Below, in pieces: positions 9,404 to 18,559 of a stretch of DNA of 64,000 nucleotides. The DNA is from an uncultured Melioribacter sp. (GTDB taxonomy: Bacteria; Bacteroidota; Ignavibacteria; Kapaibacteriales; Kapaibacteriaceae): positions 4,121 through 68,120 of the forward strand of contig CAYXKK010000008.1 of assembly GCA_964465685.1 (NCBI GenBank). The letters are read 5' to 3'. The first letter of the stretch is position 1, and the number at the start of each line of letters is the position of its first letter. The notes beneath the pieces were generated by a model that was not told the DNA's origin, ran no database searches, and saw only the letters and a program-made list of their open reading frames with translations. The translations under genes and the position numbers were made by a program.

Positions 9404-10450
9404 ATGAGCGACGAACAACAAGGACATGAAGGATCACAGCAGCGTCGACCACGCCGCAGGTATCCACGCAACCACCGTCATGAACGAGGTGGCAACCAGC
9501 AGCGACACAGTCGAATTCAAGGTTCGATATCTGTCGTTGTACCACTGTTAAACGAAGAGGAATCACTTCCTGAATTGGCGCGCCAGCTTGAGAATGTTCT
9601 TGAGCGTGTCGCTCGTGGTAACTACGAAGTGCTGTTCATTGATGATGGATCGACAGACGATTCCTTCCGTGTCATTCAGGATATCAATGCCCGTAATCAA
9701 CGATTTAAGGCCATACGCTTCCGTACGAATCATGGTAAGTCTGCAGCACTTGCCATAGGATTCGCTGAGTGTACTGGTAACATCGTGATTACGATGGATG
9801 CGGATCTTCAGGATGATCCCAACGAGATACCATCGCTCGTCGCAAAGCTCGATGAGGGATATGATCTTGTTTCGGGATGGAAGCGGAAGCGACATGATCC
9901 TTGGCACAAGACAGTTCCATCTAAACTCTTCAATGCAGTTACGTCACGAATGAGCGGTATACGTCTTCACGACTTCAACTGTGGACTCAAGGGATATCGT
10001 CGCGAGGTGATTGAGAACGTCCAGGTGTACGGCGAGATGCATCGTTACATCCCTGCGCTTGCACACTGGGAAGGCTTCCGCGTGACAGAGATTCCAGTGC
10101 AACACCGCGCACGCCAGCATGGCGTGTCGAAGTTTGGTATGAGCCGCTTTCTCAAGGGATATCTCGATCTGCTCACCGTGATGTTCACAACGCGCTACAT
10201 CAAGCGACCGTTGCACTTCTTTGGCGCTGTTGGATCACTCTTTGCAGTGATTGGCTTTATCACAGACCTTTATCTCGTCATCGAATGGTCACTCGGCAGA
10301 ACGTCTCTGAGTAATCGACCCTTGGCCCTGTTTGGTGTTGCGATGATTATTGTTGGTGTCCAGCTCATCTCTATCGGACTGATTGGTGAGCTCATCGTAA
10401 AGAACAATCTTGCACAACAGAAATTCAGCGTTCGTGAGCGTCTCGGGTAA
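9404..10450 (+). CDS. Family 2 glycosyltransferase, polyprenyl-phosphate glycosyltransferase type (GtrB/ArnC/DPM1-like)
   Basis: Motifs VVVPLLNEEESL, YEVLFIDDGSTDDS, NHGKSAAL and ITMDADLQDDPNEIP, with two C-terminal TM helices. An unusual ~40-aa Arg/Gln/His-rich N-terminal extension is present. Confidence 0.85.
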   Translation: MSDEQQGHEGSQQRRPRRRYPRNHRHERGGNQQRHSRIQGSISVVVPLLNEEESLPELARQLENVLERVARGNYEVLFIDDGSTDDSFRVIQDINARNQRFKAIRFRTNHGKSAALAIGFAECTGNIVITMDADLQDDPNEIPSLVAKLDEGYDLVSGWKRKRHDPWHKTVPSKLFNAVTSRMSGIRLHDFNCGLKGYRREVIENVQVYGEMHRYIPALAHWEGFRVTEIPVQHRARQHGVSKFGMSRFLKGYLDLLTVMFTTRYIKRPLHFFGAVGSLFAVIGFITDLYLVIEWSLGRTSLSNRPLALFGVAMIIVGVQLISIGLIGELIVKNNLAQQKFSVRERLG

Positions 10451-10503
10451 CATTACCCTCTCCACATTGTTGATTGTCTACAGAACAGCCTTGGAATATC
10501 ATC

Positions 10504-11259
10504 ATGCGTCTTCTCCTTGTCATCATCGCCTGCACATCCCTCGTTTCGACCAGCGCGGTAGCGCAGATTCGATATCGTGTTGCTGCCGGTCTTTCGACGG
10601 ACTGGATCACGAATGATAATGCAGCCGTATACCGTCTGGCCAGTAGCCAAAATGCCTCGCCAGACGAAACCTATGGCGGTGCGTTCGATGGTGCACAGAT
10701 GGGATGGGGATTCCGTGGTTACATCGATCTCGACAAGCAAAAGAAGTTTCGTATTCCGGTTGGACTCGATTACTTCATGTACAAGGGCGCGCAGAGTATT
10801 GTTGGTGAGACATACTCGATCCGAGTCACACACGAAAACAACCTCGCAGCTGGTCTGGCTGGTTTCGAATGGTCATTCGTGGAGTTTCCGTGGGCGTTCG
10901 CGCGCGCATACGTAGGCGCAGAAGCACGCCTGCTCTTCGTTGGCGAAAACACGATTACACGCGATAGCAAGACACTTGTTGCAGACTCAATCATTCAACG
11001 CGTTGAAGTGTTCAATGGGAAGACATCTGCCACGCGCCTCGGTGCTATGGCCCGCCTCGGTATCGAGGGTGAAATCTACTACCCGGTGTTCGTCAACACG
11101 AGCGTTGGTTGGGGTGCCATGAACTTGCTTGGACGTGATGCACGTTCAACAGCAGAAGGCGGACGTGGCGAGTTGCTCACTCCAGTGTCGCAGAACGAAG
11201 CAGGGGAAGGCATGCTGTACCATCTGAACTTCACGTTCATGGTGCAGGTGCGACTGTAA
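10504..11259 (+). CDS. Hypothetical outer-membrane beta-barrel protein
   Basis: The ATG at 10504 gives the signal peptide MRLLLVIIACTSLVSTSAVAQ. The sequence has an alternating amphipathic pattern and an aromatic/hydrophobic C-terminus (FTFMVQVRL). Confidence 0.5.
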   Translation: MRLLLVIIACTSLVSTSAVAQIRYRVAAGLSTDWITNDNAAVYRLASSQNASPDETYGGAFDGAQMGWGFRGYIDLDKQKKFRIPVGLDYFMYKGAQSIVGETYSIRVTHENNLAAGLAGFEWSFVEFPWAFARAYVGAEARLLFVGENTITRDSKTLVADSIIQRVEVFNGKTSATRLGAMARLGIEGEIYYPVFVNTSVGWGAMNLLGRDARSTAEGGRGELLTPVSQNEAGEGMLYHLNFTFMVQVRL

Positions 11260-11274
11260 TCACGTCACACGCGA

Positions 11275-12279
11275 TTACTTGTAGAGCGTTGCCTCGAATG
11301 CCCCTTGTTCGGGCTTGTTGAGGATGATGCGCCAGATGATTCCGCGCATAAAGCCAAGTCCGTACGCCGTTAGCTGCACAAGAGATGCCGCTATGCAGCG
11401 CAATCCCAGAACCGGTGAACGATACTGTGCAGCAGCAGTGATGAACAGCGCGAAGAGATAGAGCGCCATAGGCGCGAGCCCAACCCAACCCATAGGTTCG
11501 ATGATCGCAGTTCCGAGTGCGAGGACCAAATAGGTCGTAAAGACCGCAGGGAAAAAGTGCGTCGGCTTGAGCGTGTGTTGATGACGTAGCGTAATGTTGA
11601 TGCGCGCAATGCCGCTGTTATGGACCTGCTTGAAGAACTTCCAGAGGTCTGTGCGACGCTTGTGATAGACCCAGGCATCAGGGATAAGTCCGACCTTGTA
11701 TCCGCGCTCAATCATGCGGATACTGAACTCGACATCCTCGCCGAACCGCATCCGTGCGAATCCGTCGGTTTCATTGAAGACGTCACGTGAGATACCCATG
11801 TTGAACGACCGTGGATGAAAGCTCCCACCTACGCGGCGCTTGCCCCCTCGAATACCTCCCGTTGTGAGAAACGACGTCATTGCAAAGCTGATGGCCTTCT
11901 GCGTCGGCGTAAACGAGGCGTCCTCGCGATCTGGTCCACCAAAGGCGTCGTACCCATGCTCGACCACATCTCGATCAATGGTAGCCATGTAATGGGGCGG
12001 CACGGTACAGTCGGAATCGATGAACATGAAATAGTCGCCGGTTGCACGACGACACCCATAATTCCTCGACGGACCGGGTCCGGTGTTTTCCTTGCTGAAA
12101 TACTTGATGTCCAGCTGGCCAGACATGGAGGTGCATACGTCCTTCGACGAGATTGTGGAGCCATCCTCTACGATGACCACTTCAAAATCGCGGTATGTCT
12201 GCTCGGCAAGACTCGCAAGGAGTTCGCGGAGCTCGTCTGGGCGGTTATAGACCGCAACGATGATCGAGTATTTCGCCAT
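11275..12279 (-). CDS. Family 2 glycosyltransferase with C-terminal membrane helices
   Basis: Motifs KYSIIVAVYNRPDELRELLASLAEQTYRDFEVVIVEDGS, FIDSDC and GEDVEFSIR. Confidence 0.85.
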   Translation of the reverse strand: MAKYSIIVAVYNRPDELRELLASLAEQTYRDFEVVIVEDGSTISSKDVCTSMSGQLDIKYFSKENTGPGPSRNYGCRRATGDYFMFIDSDCTVPPHYMATIDRDVVEHGYDAFGGPDREDASFTPTQKAISFAMTSFLTTGGIRGGKRRVGGSFHPRSFNMGISRDVFNETDGFARMRFGEDVEFSIRMIERGYKVGLIPDAWVYHKRRTDLWKFFKQVHNSGIARINITLRHQHTLKPTHFFPAVFTTYLVLALGTAIIEPMGWVGLAPMALYLFALFITAAAQYRSPVLGLRCIAASLVQLTAYGLGFMRGIIWRIILNKPEQGAFEATLYK

Positions 12280-12327
12280 AGAGAACGCAAAGATACGGTC
12301 GCGCCACGTGCTATCTTTGAGATCTCT

Positions 12328-13164
12328 ATGAACTCACAGCAGCACCATAAGGGTGATCTCTCGGACAGCGTAGCGCGCATGAATCTGCTGCCACGTACAA
12401 TCCGTAATGTGCGTATGCAGTACCAACTTGGGGTGCATACGATTATCCCATGGCTTCAGAAGTACAATCTGTGGAAACAGGGTGCGGCCGTATGCGAAAT
12501 CGGCTGTGCGGAAGGGGGCGTTCTGGCCGCATTTGTAGAGCAGGGAACATCCTATGCGCTCGGGACAGATATTCAAGGTGCGCTTCTAACACAGATCAGT
12601 GATCCCGTGTGGAAGTCTCAGGAACTTGCAATTGAGTTCTCTCAGCATGATGTGATCTACGAAGACATCCCTGATGCATGGCGCGAGCGCTTCAACATTG
12701 TGCTGCTCCGTGATGTGATTGAGCATTTGGATGACGCAGGCATTGCCTTGCGCAACATCCAGCGATTGCTCAAGCCCGGAGGAGTTGTTGTCGTGACCTT
12801 CCCTCCGTACACATCACCATTTGGTGGACACCAGCAGTTGCTGGGTACGAAGGTCGGAGCAATTCCATTTGTTCACCTGCTTCCCTGGCCAATCTTTTCG
12901 TCGATCATCAAGCAAGGCGATCCTGTAAATCAAGAAGAGCTGGAGCGACTTCATCGTATTCGCCTCTCAGTACACGATGTGCGACGTGCAGCGGCATCAG
13001 CACACTTAACGATTGTTGATGAACGACTATTTGCACTACGACCTGTGTTTCGATGGAAGTATCAACTTCCAATCCCAAGTTTTGATGTCAGCGCATTACG
13101 TTCCGTTCCAGGCGTACGAGCCCTTGCTATGGAAGCCGCGTTCATTCTCCAACGTCCTGCATGA
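12328..13164 (+). CDS. Class I SAM-dependent methyltransferase
   Basis: Motif I is VCEIGCAEGGVLAAF; LLRDVIEHLDD and LLKPGGVVVVTFPP are also present. Start is set at the first ATG past the divergent GT2 start, because the track ORF from 11815 overlaps that gene antisense. Confidence 0.75.
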   Translation: MNSQQHHKGDLSDSVARMNLLPRTIRNVRMQYQLGVHTIIPWLQKYNLWKQGAAVCEIGCAEGGVLAAFVEQGTSYALGTDIQGALLTQISDPVWKSQELAIEFSQHDVIYEDIPDAWRERFNIVLLRDVIEHLDDAGIALRNIQRLLKPGGVVVVTFPPYTSPFGGHQQLLGTKVGAIPFVHLLPWPIFSSIIKQGDPVNQEELERLHRIRLSVHDVRRAAASAHLTIVDERLFALRPVFRWKYQLPIPSFDVSALRSVPGVRALAMEAAFILQRPA

Positions 13165-14474
13165 AGTCTGTTCTCGTCATCGCCTATCACTTTCCGCCAG
13201 GGGGTGGTCCGGGTGTACAACGTGTGCTCAAGCACGTTACGTACCTGCGTGAGCACGGATGGCGTCCGATCGTAATGACCGTCGAGAACGGTGATTTCCC
13301 TGCACGCGATGAATCACTGCTCGCAAAAATCCCCGCCGATGTGCACGTTATACGTGTGCCAATCCTTGAACCGTATGACATCTATCGTTCGTTCATGGGA
13401 CGTGGCAATGCAGCAATCGATGTGAACGTAAACAAGTCTGGTGATCAGCGAAGGGGCTGGAAAGAACGCCTCGCTGAATGGATTCGTGCAACGTTTTTCA
13501 TACCTGATGCGCGTATCGGATGGATGCTCACTGCTGTGAAAGCAGCGAAGCAGTTGGTCGCTGAACACAACATCTCGGCTATCTATTCATCATCACCACC
13601 ATACACATGTGCACTGATCGCACGCTCTGTCAAGCGTGCCACAGGATTACCATGGGTAGCGGGCTTTCGTGATCCATGGACGGAGTTTCTCACAACGCCA
13701 GATCGATGGTTCTTGCCAGCAGCACTCGATCGATCGTTGGAGCGCTCAGTGTTTACGGAAGCAGATCTCGTTGAATGTGCATGGACAGGTATCATCGATG
13801 ACGCTGTGCGCAAGTATCCAACGCTTCCGCGCTCGAAGTTCTTTCACGTTCCGAACGGTTACGACGCCTCAGACTTCCCACGGGTGACGTATACACGAAA
13901 CGAACGCTTCACGATCACCTACACGGGGTCGATGTACGGACGTCGTACGCCAAAGGCATTTCTTGATGCGCTGGAATATCTTGCTGATGCTGGACGAATC
14001 CAACCAAGCGATCTACAGCTGCGCTTTGTCGGACGGTTTGGCGACGAGGTACATGCGATGATGGACACATCGCGATTTGCTTCATCGATTGAACGCATTG
14101 GCTACGTCCCTCACGAGGAGAGCGTCGGCTACGTGATGACGAGTGAGGCATCATTGCTTATTGTCGACGATGCAAAGGAGAGCGCGGAAATTGTCCCTGG
14201 CAAGGTATACGAGTATCTTGGTACCGGACGTCCGGTGATTGCGCTTGCGCCTCGCGGTAGTGCTATTGAAGACCTCATCATGCACACGCGGGCTGGAGGA
14301 TGTGCCCCACAGTCGGATATTCCCGCAATTGCAGAGATCATCGGCACGCTTCTTGACAGGTGGAAAAGGGGCGAAGAAATGACATCTCCGGATGCACATC
14401 TCATCGCCTCATATGAACGTCGTAATGCAGCACAACAGCTGGCAGAGCAGTTACACCAACTCACAACTGTATGA
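13161..14474 (+). CDS. Glycosyltransferase, GT4/group 1 type
   Basis: The N-terminus MKSVLVIAYHFPPGGGPGVQRV and the C-terminal KVYEYLGTGRPVIAL (E-x7-E region) fit GT4. Its start overlaps the upstream stop by 4 nt. Confidence 0.75.
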   Translation: MKSVLVIAYHFPPGGGPGVQRVLKHVTYLREHGWRPIVMTVENGDFPARDESLLAKIPADVHVIRVPILEPYDIYRSFMGRGNAAIDVNVNKSGDQRRGWKERLAEWIRATFFIPDARIGWMLTAVKAAKQLVAEHNISAIYSSSPPYTCALIARSVKRATGLPWVAGFRDPWTEFLTTPDRWFLPAALDRSLERSVFTEADLVECAWTGIIDDAVRKYPTLPRSKFFHVPNGYDASDFPRVTYTRNERFTITYTGSMYGRRTPKAFLDALEYLADAGRIQPSDLQLRFVGRFGDEVHAMMDTSRFASSIERIGYVPHEESVGYVMTSEASLLIVDDAKESAEIVPGKVYEYLGTGRPVIALAPRGSAIEDLIMHTRAGGCAPQSDIPAIAEIIGTLLDRWKRGEEMTSPDAHLIASYERRNAAQQLAEQLHQLTTV

Positions 14475-14647
14475 AAAAAATTCTGGCAGTGATTCTCTCC
14501 CTTGGTGTCGCCTACGTGGTGATCAAGGTAGCGTGGTGGATCGTTCGCAATGCGTTTTCGCTTGCCTTTGATCTTGTTGGTATCATCTTGCTGCTGGTCA
14601 TCGCAGCTCCGATCTATCTCATTATTCGTCGCAAACTGCTTTCATGA
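14471..14647 (+). CDS. 58-aa two-helix membrane peptide (below the ORF-track length cutoff)
   Basis: Hand translation: MKKILAVILSLGVAYVVIKVAWWIVRNAFSLAFDLVGIILLLVIAAPIYLIIRRKLLS. The ATG overlaps the upstream TGA (ATGA), and its own TGA overlaps the downstream ATG at 14644 (ATGA). Confidence 0.5.
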   Translation: MKKILAVILSLGVAYVVIKVAWWIVRNAFSLAFDLVGIILLLVIAAPIYLIIRRKLLS

Positions 14648-15936
14648 AGAAGCTTCTTGTTCTTGTCGCTGTGTTCGTGATGACTGTAGTCGTGGGTTCG
14701 GCACAACAGTCGCCGTTCTACAATCCGCTTGCAGTTGATCTTGCGCGTGGTCTGTTGAAGAACGTGTTCGAAACGAATGCAACACCGTTTATTCAGCCGA
14801 TGGTGAACACCATCAATGCAACGTCGAATACGCGCTTTTATACCAATGCCTACATCCCAACCGACACCGACAAACCATACGTGCGGGTCTCTGCAAACGG
14901 AATGGTTGGTTACATCACGGAAGATCAGCGCTGGTACACCCCGCAGATAAGCTTCGGTGATTCGGTCAACATTATTCTTGAGCTCACAAAGTACGGTCGT
15001 ATCGTCATCACGCCTACGGGTCCGCGATACGAGATCGGCGATACGTATGAGGACACACTCGGACTAGCTACAATGCTCGTGACGGAGCTCCTTCGTAGTT
15101 CGAACGACAGTGGATTTGTTGTGTTGCCTGATAGCGCAGCAACATTGTTTGGATCGAAGCCCGACAACAAGGTAGTGCTTCCAAACACATCACAGCTGCT
15201 GTCAACCTTGCGCGGCTTGCCTGCGTTTGCATTATTGGATAGCGCAGGAAGAGCTTCGATCGAGGGACTCCTCACCAACGTCAAGTTCGTCGGATCCATC
15301 ACACTTCCTCCGGGTGCGAACATGTCGACGATCGTCGCCGCTGTTCCGCAGATCGAGATTGGTGCACTGTATGGCACGGAGCTGATGATTCGCTACATCC
15401 CACCGGTAGAGTTTGACCGCAACGTGGGCGCGTTTTCATTCTGGGGCGTCGGCCTGCGTCATAGCCTGTCGCAGTACTTCCCAGAGCGATGGTTTGATCT
15501 CGCGGTTCAGGGTGTCTACCAGGGTACGTGGCTGCGCAACACGGTCGGCTTTACAGAGTCGAAGCTTGATGCCAATGCATCGATCTTCAGTGGCAATATC
15601 CATGCAAGCAAGAACCTGTGGGACAATCTTGATATCTATACGGGCATTGCCTACGAGTATATCGATGTGAACAGCTCGTACACCTACGTCCTACCACAGG
15701 AAATGCAGATCGAGTTGGGTCTACTGCCGAAGCCAATTGTCGATGGCACACCGTCAATTCCTACGGCTGATCAGCCTGGTGATCAACGGCCACAGACATC
15801 TTCTGTACGTGCACACAACACAAACGTGAAGTGGACGATTGGCGCGACGTATAGCATTGGTCCGCTCCGTATTGCTGTGGACTATAACGTTAGCTACTTC
15901 AACATCCTCTCGGCTGGCCTTTCGTATCGCTTCTAA
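14644..15936 (+). CDS. Hypothetical outer-membrane protein
   Basis: Signal peptide MKKLLVLVAVFVMTVVVGSAQQ and a C-terminal beta-barrel-like LSAGLSYRF. Confidence 0.55.
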   Translation: MKKLLVLVAVFVMTVVVGSAQQSPFYNPLAVDLARGLLKNVFETNATPFIQPMVNTINATSNTRFYTNAYIPTDTDKPYVRVSANGMVGYITEDQRWYTPQISFGDSVNIILELTKYGRIVITPTGPRYEIGDTYEDTLGLATMLVTELLRSSNDSGFVVLPDSAATLFGSKPDNKVVLPNTSQLLSTLRGLPAFALLDSAGRASIEGLLTNVKFVGSITLPPGANMSTIVAAVPQIEIGALYGTELMIRYIPPVEFDRNVGAFSFWGVGLRHSLSQYFPERWFDLAVQGVYQGTWLRNTVGFTESKLDANASIFSGNIHASKNLWDNLDIYTGIAYEYIDVNSSYTYVLPQEMQIELGLLPKPIVDGTPSIPTADQPGDQRPQTSSVRAHNTNVKWTIGATYSIGPLRIAVDYNVSYFNILSAGLSYRF

Positions 15937-16814
15937 TCTGCAAGACAAATACGTCCGCGAGTTCGAGTCACAACATTATCACGCTCCAATGCGCTGATGA
16001 CAGAGTCGAACCAGGCACGCTCATCGGCCGTGAGCTCTGTGGCTCCAGATGTGTTCGCAAGTGCCCGTGGCGTAAGTCCACGTGGAGCATCACGAAGCGC
16101 GTTCACGAAACGCCCCCTCCATATTCGCTGAGGTTCCCCGCGGAACATGGGCTCAGTTCGCTTTAGTCGTTGAGCCGGTTGAAGCACGTGTGCAGACGCA
16201 CAGATATCAGCCATCGGACACGACGTGCAGAGCGGCGATCGCGCGGTACAGATTGTGGCGCCAAGATCCATCACGGCGTGATGCCACGTTGCGGCAGAGC
16301 GTTGCGGTATCACCTCGAGCGCAAATTGCATGAGGGTTTCATCGCGCTCAAGATCAATGGTTGTTCGTTGACGGCGCATCCAACGCGAGTATACTCGTCG
16401 TACGTTGACGTCTAGCACGACAACGCGCTTGTTGTAGGCAAACGTTGCGATCGATGCAGATGCATACGGACCAATACCCGGTAGCGCACGAAGTGCATCG
16501 ATATCTCGTGGGACAATCCCATTGTGCTGTGCAACAATCACGCGGGCCGCATCGCGAAGTCGTAGTGCACGCGAGTTGTACCCCATGCCTTTCCACTGAC
16601 GTATCATCTCTGCATTCGATGCGGCTGCCAATCGTTCAACAGAAGGGAACTGTTGAAGGAATCGCGGAAGCGCTTCGGCAACACGCTGTGCTTGTGTCTG
16701 TTGCAGCATGATTTCCGAAACGAGCACTGTGTATGGATCAACATCGACAGTACGCCAGGGGAATGGTCGCGCGTTTCGACGATACCAACTCAGCAGTGAA
16801 CGTGTGAATTCCAT
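15933..16814 (-). CDS. mutY: A/G-specific adenine DNA glycosylase (MutY-like, short C-terminus)
   Basis: Motifs FPWR..DPYTVLVSEIMLQQTQ and LPGIGPYASASI (HhH), catalytic Asp in VLDVNVRRV, and an Fe-S loop CTARSPLCTSCPMADIC. Only ~85 aa follow the cluster loop. Confidence 0.8.
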   Translation of the reverse strand: MEFTRSLLSWYRRNARPFPWRTVDVDPYTVLVSEIMLQQTQAQRVAEALPRFLQQFPSVERLAAASNAEMIRQWKGMGYNSRALRLRDAARVIVAQHNGIVPRDIDALRALPGIGPYASASIATFAYNKRVVVLDVNVRRVYSRWMRRQRTTIDLERDETLMQFALEVIPQRSAATWHHAVMDLGATICTARSPLCTSCPMADICASAHVLQPAQRLKRTEPMFRGEPQRIWRGRFVNALRDAPRGLTPRALANTSGATELTADERAWFDSVISALERDNVVTRTRGRICLAD

Positions 16815-16823
16815 ACGTAGATT

Positions 16824-17240
16824 GTGCCCATGTCACGAGAGATATCCCCCGAGCGCATAGAAGAAGCCGTCGCCGCGGCATTGCGTGTCCGTGAGCATGC
16901 ATATGCACCGTACTCGCAGTTCCACGTCGGTGCAGCAATCATCGACGCTGATGGAGGAATTCACGTTGGATGCAACGTGGAGAACGCAAGTTATGGGTTG
17001 ACGAATTGTGCCGAGCGAGCAGCTGTTGCCGCGGCAACAAGTTCCGGTCGACGTGACATCATGCTTTGCGTTGTGGTGACGCAGACATCGCCCCCTGCCG
17101 CTCCCTGCGGGGCCTGCCGGCAGGTCCTGTCGGAGTGTAATCCTACCATGCGTATCCTCACTACGAACCCGCAGCGCGAAGACACGTGGTTTACGCTTGC
17201 AGACCTGCTTCCCAATGCCTTTGGACCGACATCTTTCTAA
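16824..17240 (+). CDS. cdd: Cytidine deaminase
   Basis: Motifs HAYAPYSQFHVGAA, CAERAA and PCGACRQVLSE. The start is GTG 16824 or ATG 16830. Confidence 0.9.
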   Translation: MPMSREISPERIEEAVAAALRVREHAYAPYSQFHVGAAIIDADGGIHVGCNVENASYGLTNCAERAAVAAATSSGRRDIMLCVVVTQTSPPAAPCGACRQVLSECNPTMRILTTNPQREDTWFTLADLLPNAFGPTSF

Positions 17241-17243
17241 CCG

Positions 17244-18518
17244 ATGAGGCAACCGACTCGTATGGTGCAAACAACAGAACAACAGTATTCAACACGCAAT
17301 ATCTGGCTCACCGTGATTGTGTGCGGACTTGGATACTTCGTTGATATCTACGACTTGATCTTGTTTTCGATTGTGCGCATTGAATCACTCACTGCTATCG
17401 GTGTGTCAGCGCTCGAAATGCAGGATGCTAGCGAGCTGATATTGAACGCGCAGATGATCGGTATGCTCCTTGGTGGCGCACTGTTCGGTGCCCTGGCCGA
17501 CAAGCGTGGACGTCTATCAGTCCTGCTTGGCAGTATTCTCATGTACTCCATCATGAACATTGCCAATGCCTTTGTGTCGAGCGTCGAAATGTATGCCGTG
17601 TTCCGTTTCTTCTCGGGCATTGGTCTTGCTGGTGAGCTTGGCGTAGCCATAACTCTCGTCAGCGAAGTCATGCCGAAGCACTCACGTGGCTACGGCACAA
17701 CAGTTGTAGCGAGCCTTGGCATTCTTGGTGCCGTTGGTGCATATCTGGTGCATGCCATTACCGACTGGCGCGTTGCGTATATCATCGGTGGTGTGCTGGG
17801 TCTGTGTCTGTTAGTGATGCGCGTACGCATTCGCGAGTCTGGGATGTTCCACCGCGCCGAAGAGGAAAAGGTATCGCGTGGTAACATTCTGATGTTGTTT
17901 CAAAAGGGGCGTATCGGACGGTACCTCGCCAATGCTGCTATCGGCGTGCCGGTGTGGTACGTGATCGGCATTCTCGTGACCTTTGCGCCCGAGTTTACAC
18001 GCCACGGTGGCGGTGCAACGGATGTCTCGGCCGGACAAGCGGTGATGTGGGCGTATGTGGGTCTGGCGGCTGGCGACCTTACCAGCGGCTTTATCAGTCA
18101 ATGGCTCAAGAGCCGTCGAAAAACCATCATGCTCTTCCTGAGTCTCACAGCTGTCTGCGTAGTCTGGTACCTGTTCACACCGGAAAAGTCTGCCTCATTA
18201 ACGTATCTCCAGACCGGACTCCTAGGGTTCTCGGTGGGGTATTGGGCGGTGTTCGTGACAACTGCCGCCGAGCAGTTTGGTACCAATATTCGTGCAACCG
18301 TAGCAACGACGATTCCCAATGTTGCGCGAGGCGCACTCGTGCCTGCACTCCTGCTGTTTGGATTTCTACGCAAGGAGGTCGATGGGGTGGTCGATGCCGA
18401 CTCATTGATCACGAGCGCATTGATCGTGGGTGGCATAACACTCTCGATTGCAGCCATTGGCGTAGCGGTATTGAAGGAAACCTACGGCAAGAGTCTCGAT
18501 TACTTCGAACCTGCATAA
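17244..18518 (+). CDS. MFS transporter
   Basis: About 12 TM segments and the MFS loop signature GALADKRGRL. Confidence 0.85.
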   Translation: MRQPTRMVQTTEQQYSTRNIWLTVIVCGLGYFVDIYDLILFSIVRIESLTAIGVSALEMQDASELILNAQMIGMLLGGALFGALADKRGRLSVLLGSILMYSIMNIANAFVSSVEMYAVFRFFSGIGLAGELGVAITLVSEVMPKHSRGYGTTVVASLGILGAVGAYLVHAITDWRVAYIIGGVLGLCLLVMRVRIRESGMFHRAEEEKVSRGNILMLFQKGRIGRYLANAAIGVPVWYVIGILVTFAPEFTRHGGGATDVSAGQAVMWAYVGLAAGDLTSGFISQWLKSRRKTIMLFLSLTAVCVVWYLFTPEKSASLTYLQTGLLGFSVGYWAVFVTTAAEQFGTNIRATVATTIPNVARGALVPALLLFGFLRKEVDGVVDADSLITSALIVGGITLSIAAIGVAVLKETYGKSLDYFEPA

Positions 18519-18559
18519 CGAGTGCAAGTCAACTGTGCGCGGTGTGGTAACTTTGCACC

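Noticed and set aside
11256-11278. Hairpin GTAATCACG-TCACA-CGCGATTAC spanning both stop codons of the convergent genes at 11259 and 11275.
   Set aside because: The stem is 9 bp with one mismatch and has no U-tracts. It may help termination, but it is too weak to annotate.
11815-12327. Long N-terminal extension of track ORF 11815..13164 (449 aa).
   Set aside because: The extension is antisense to the well-supported GT2 gene (11275..12279) and has an Arg-rich, low-complexity translation. The methyltransferase domain starts after 12328.
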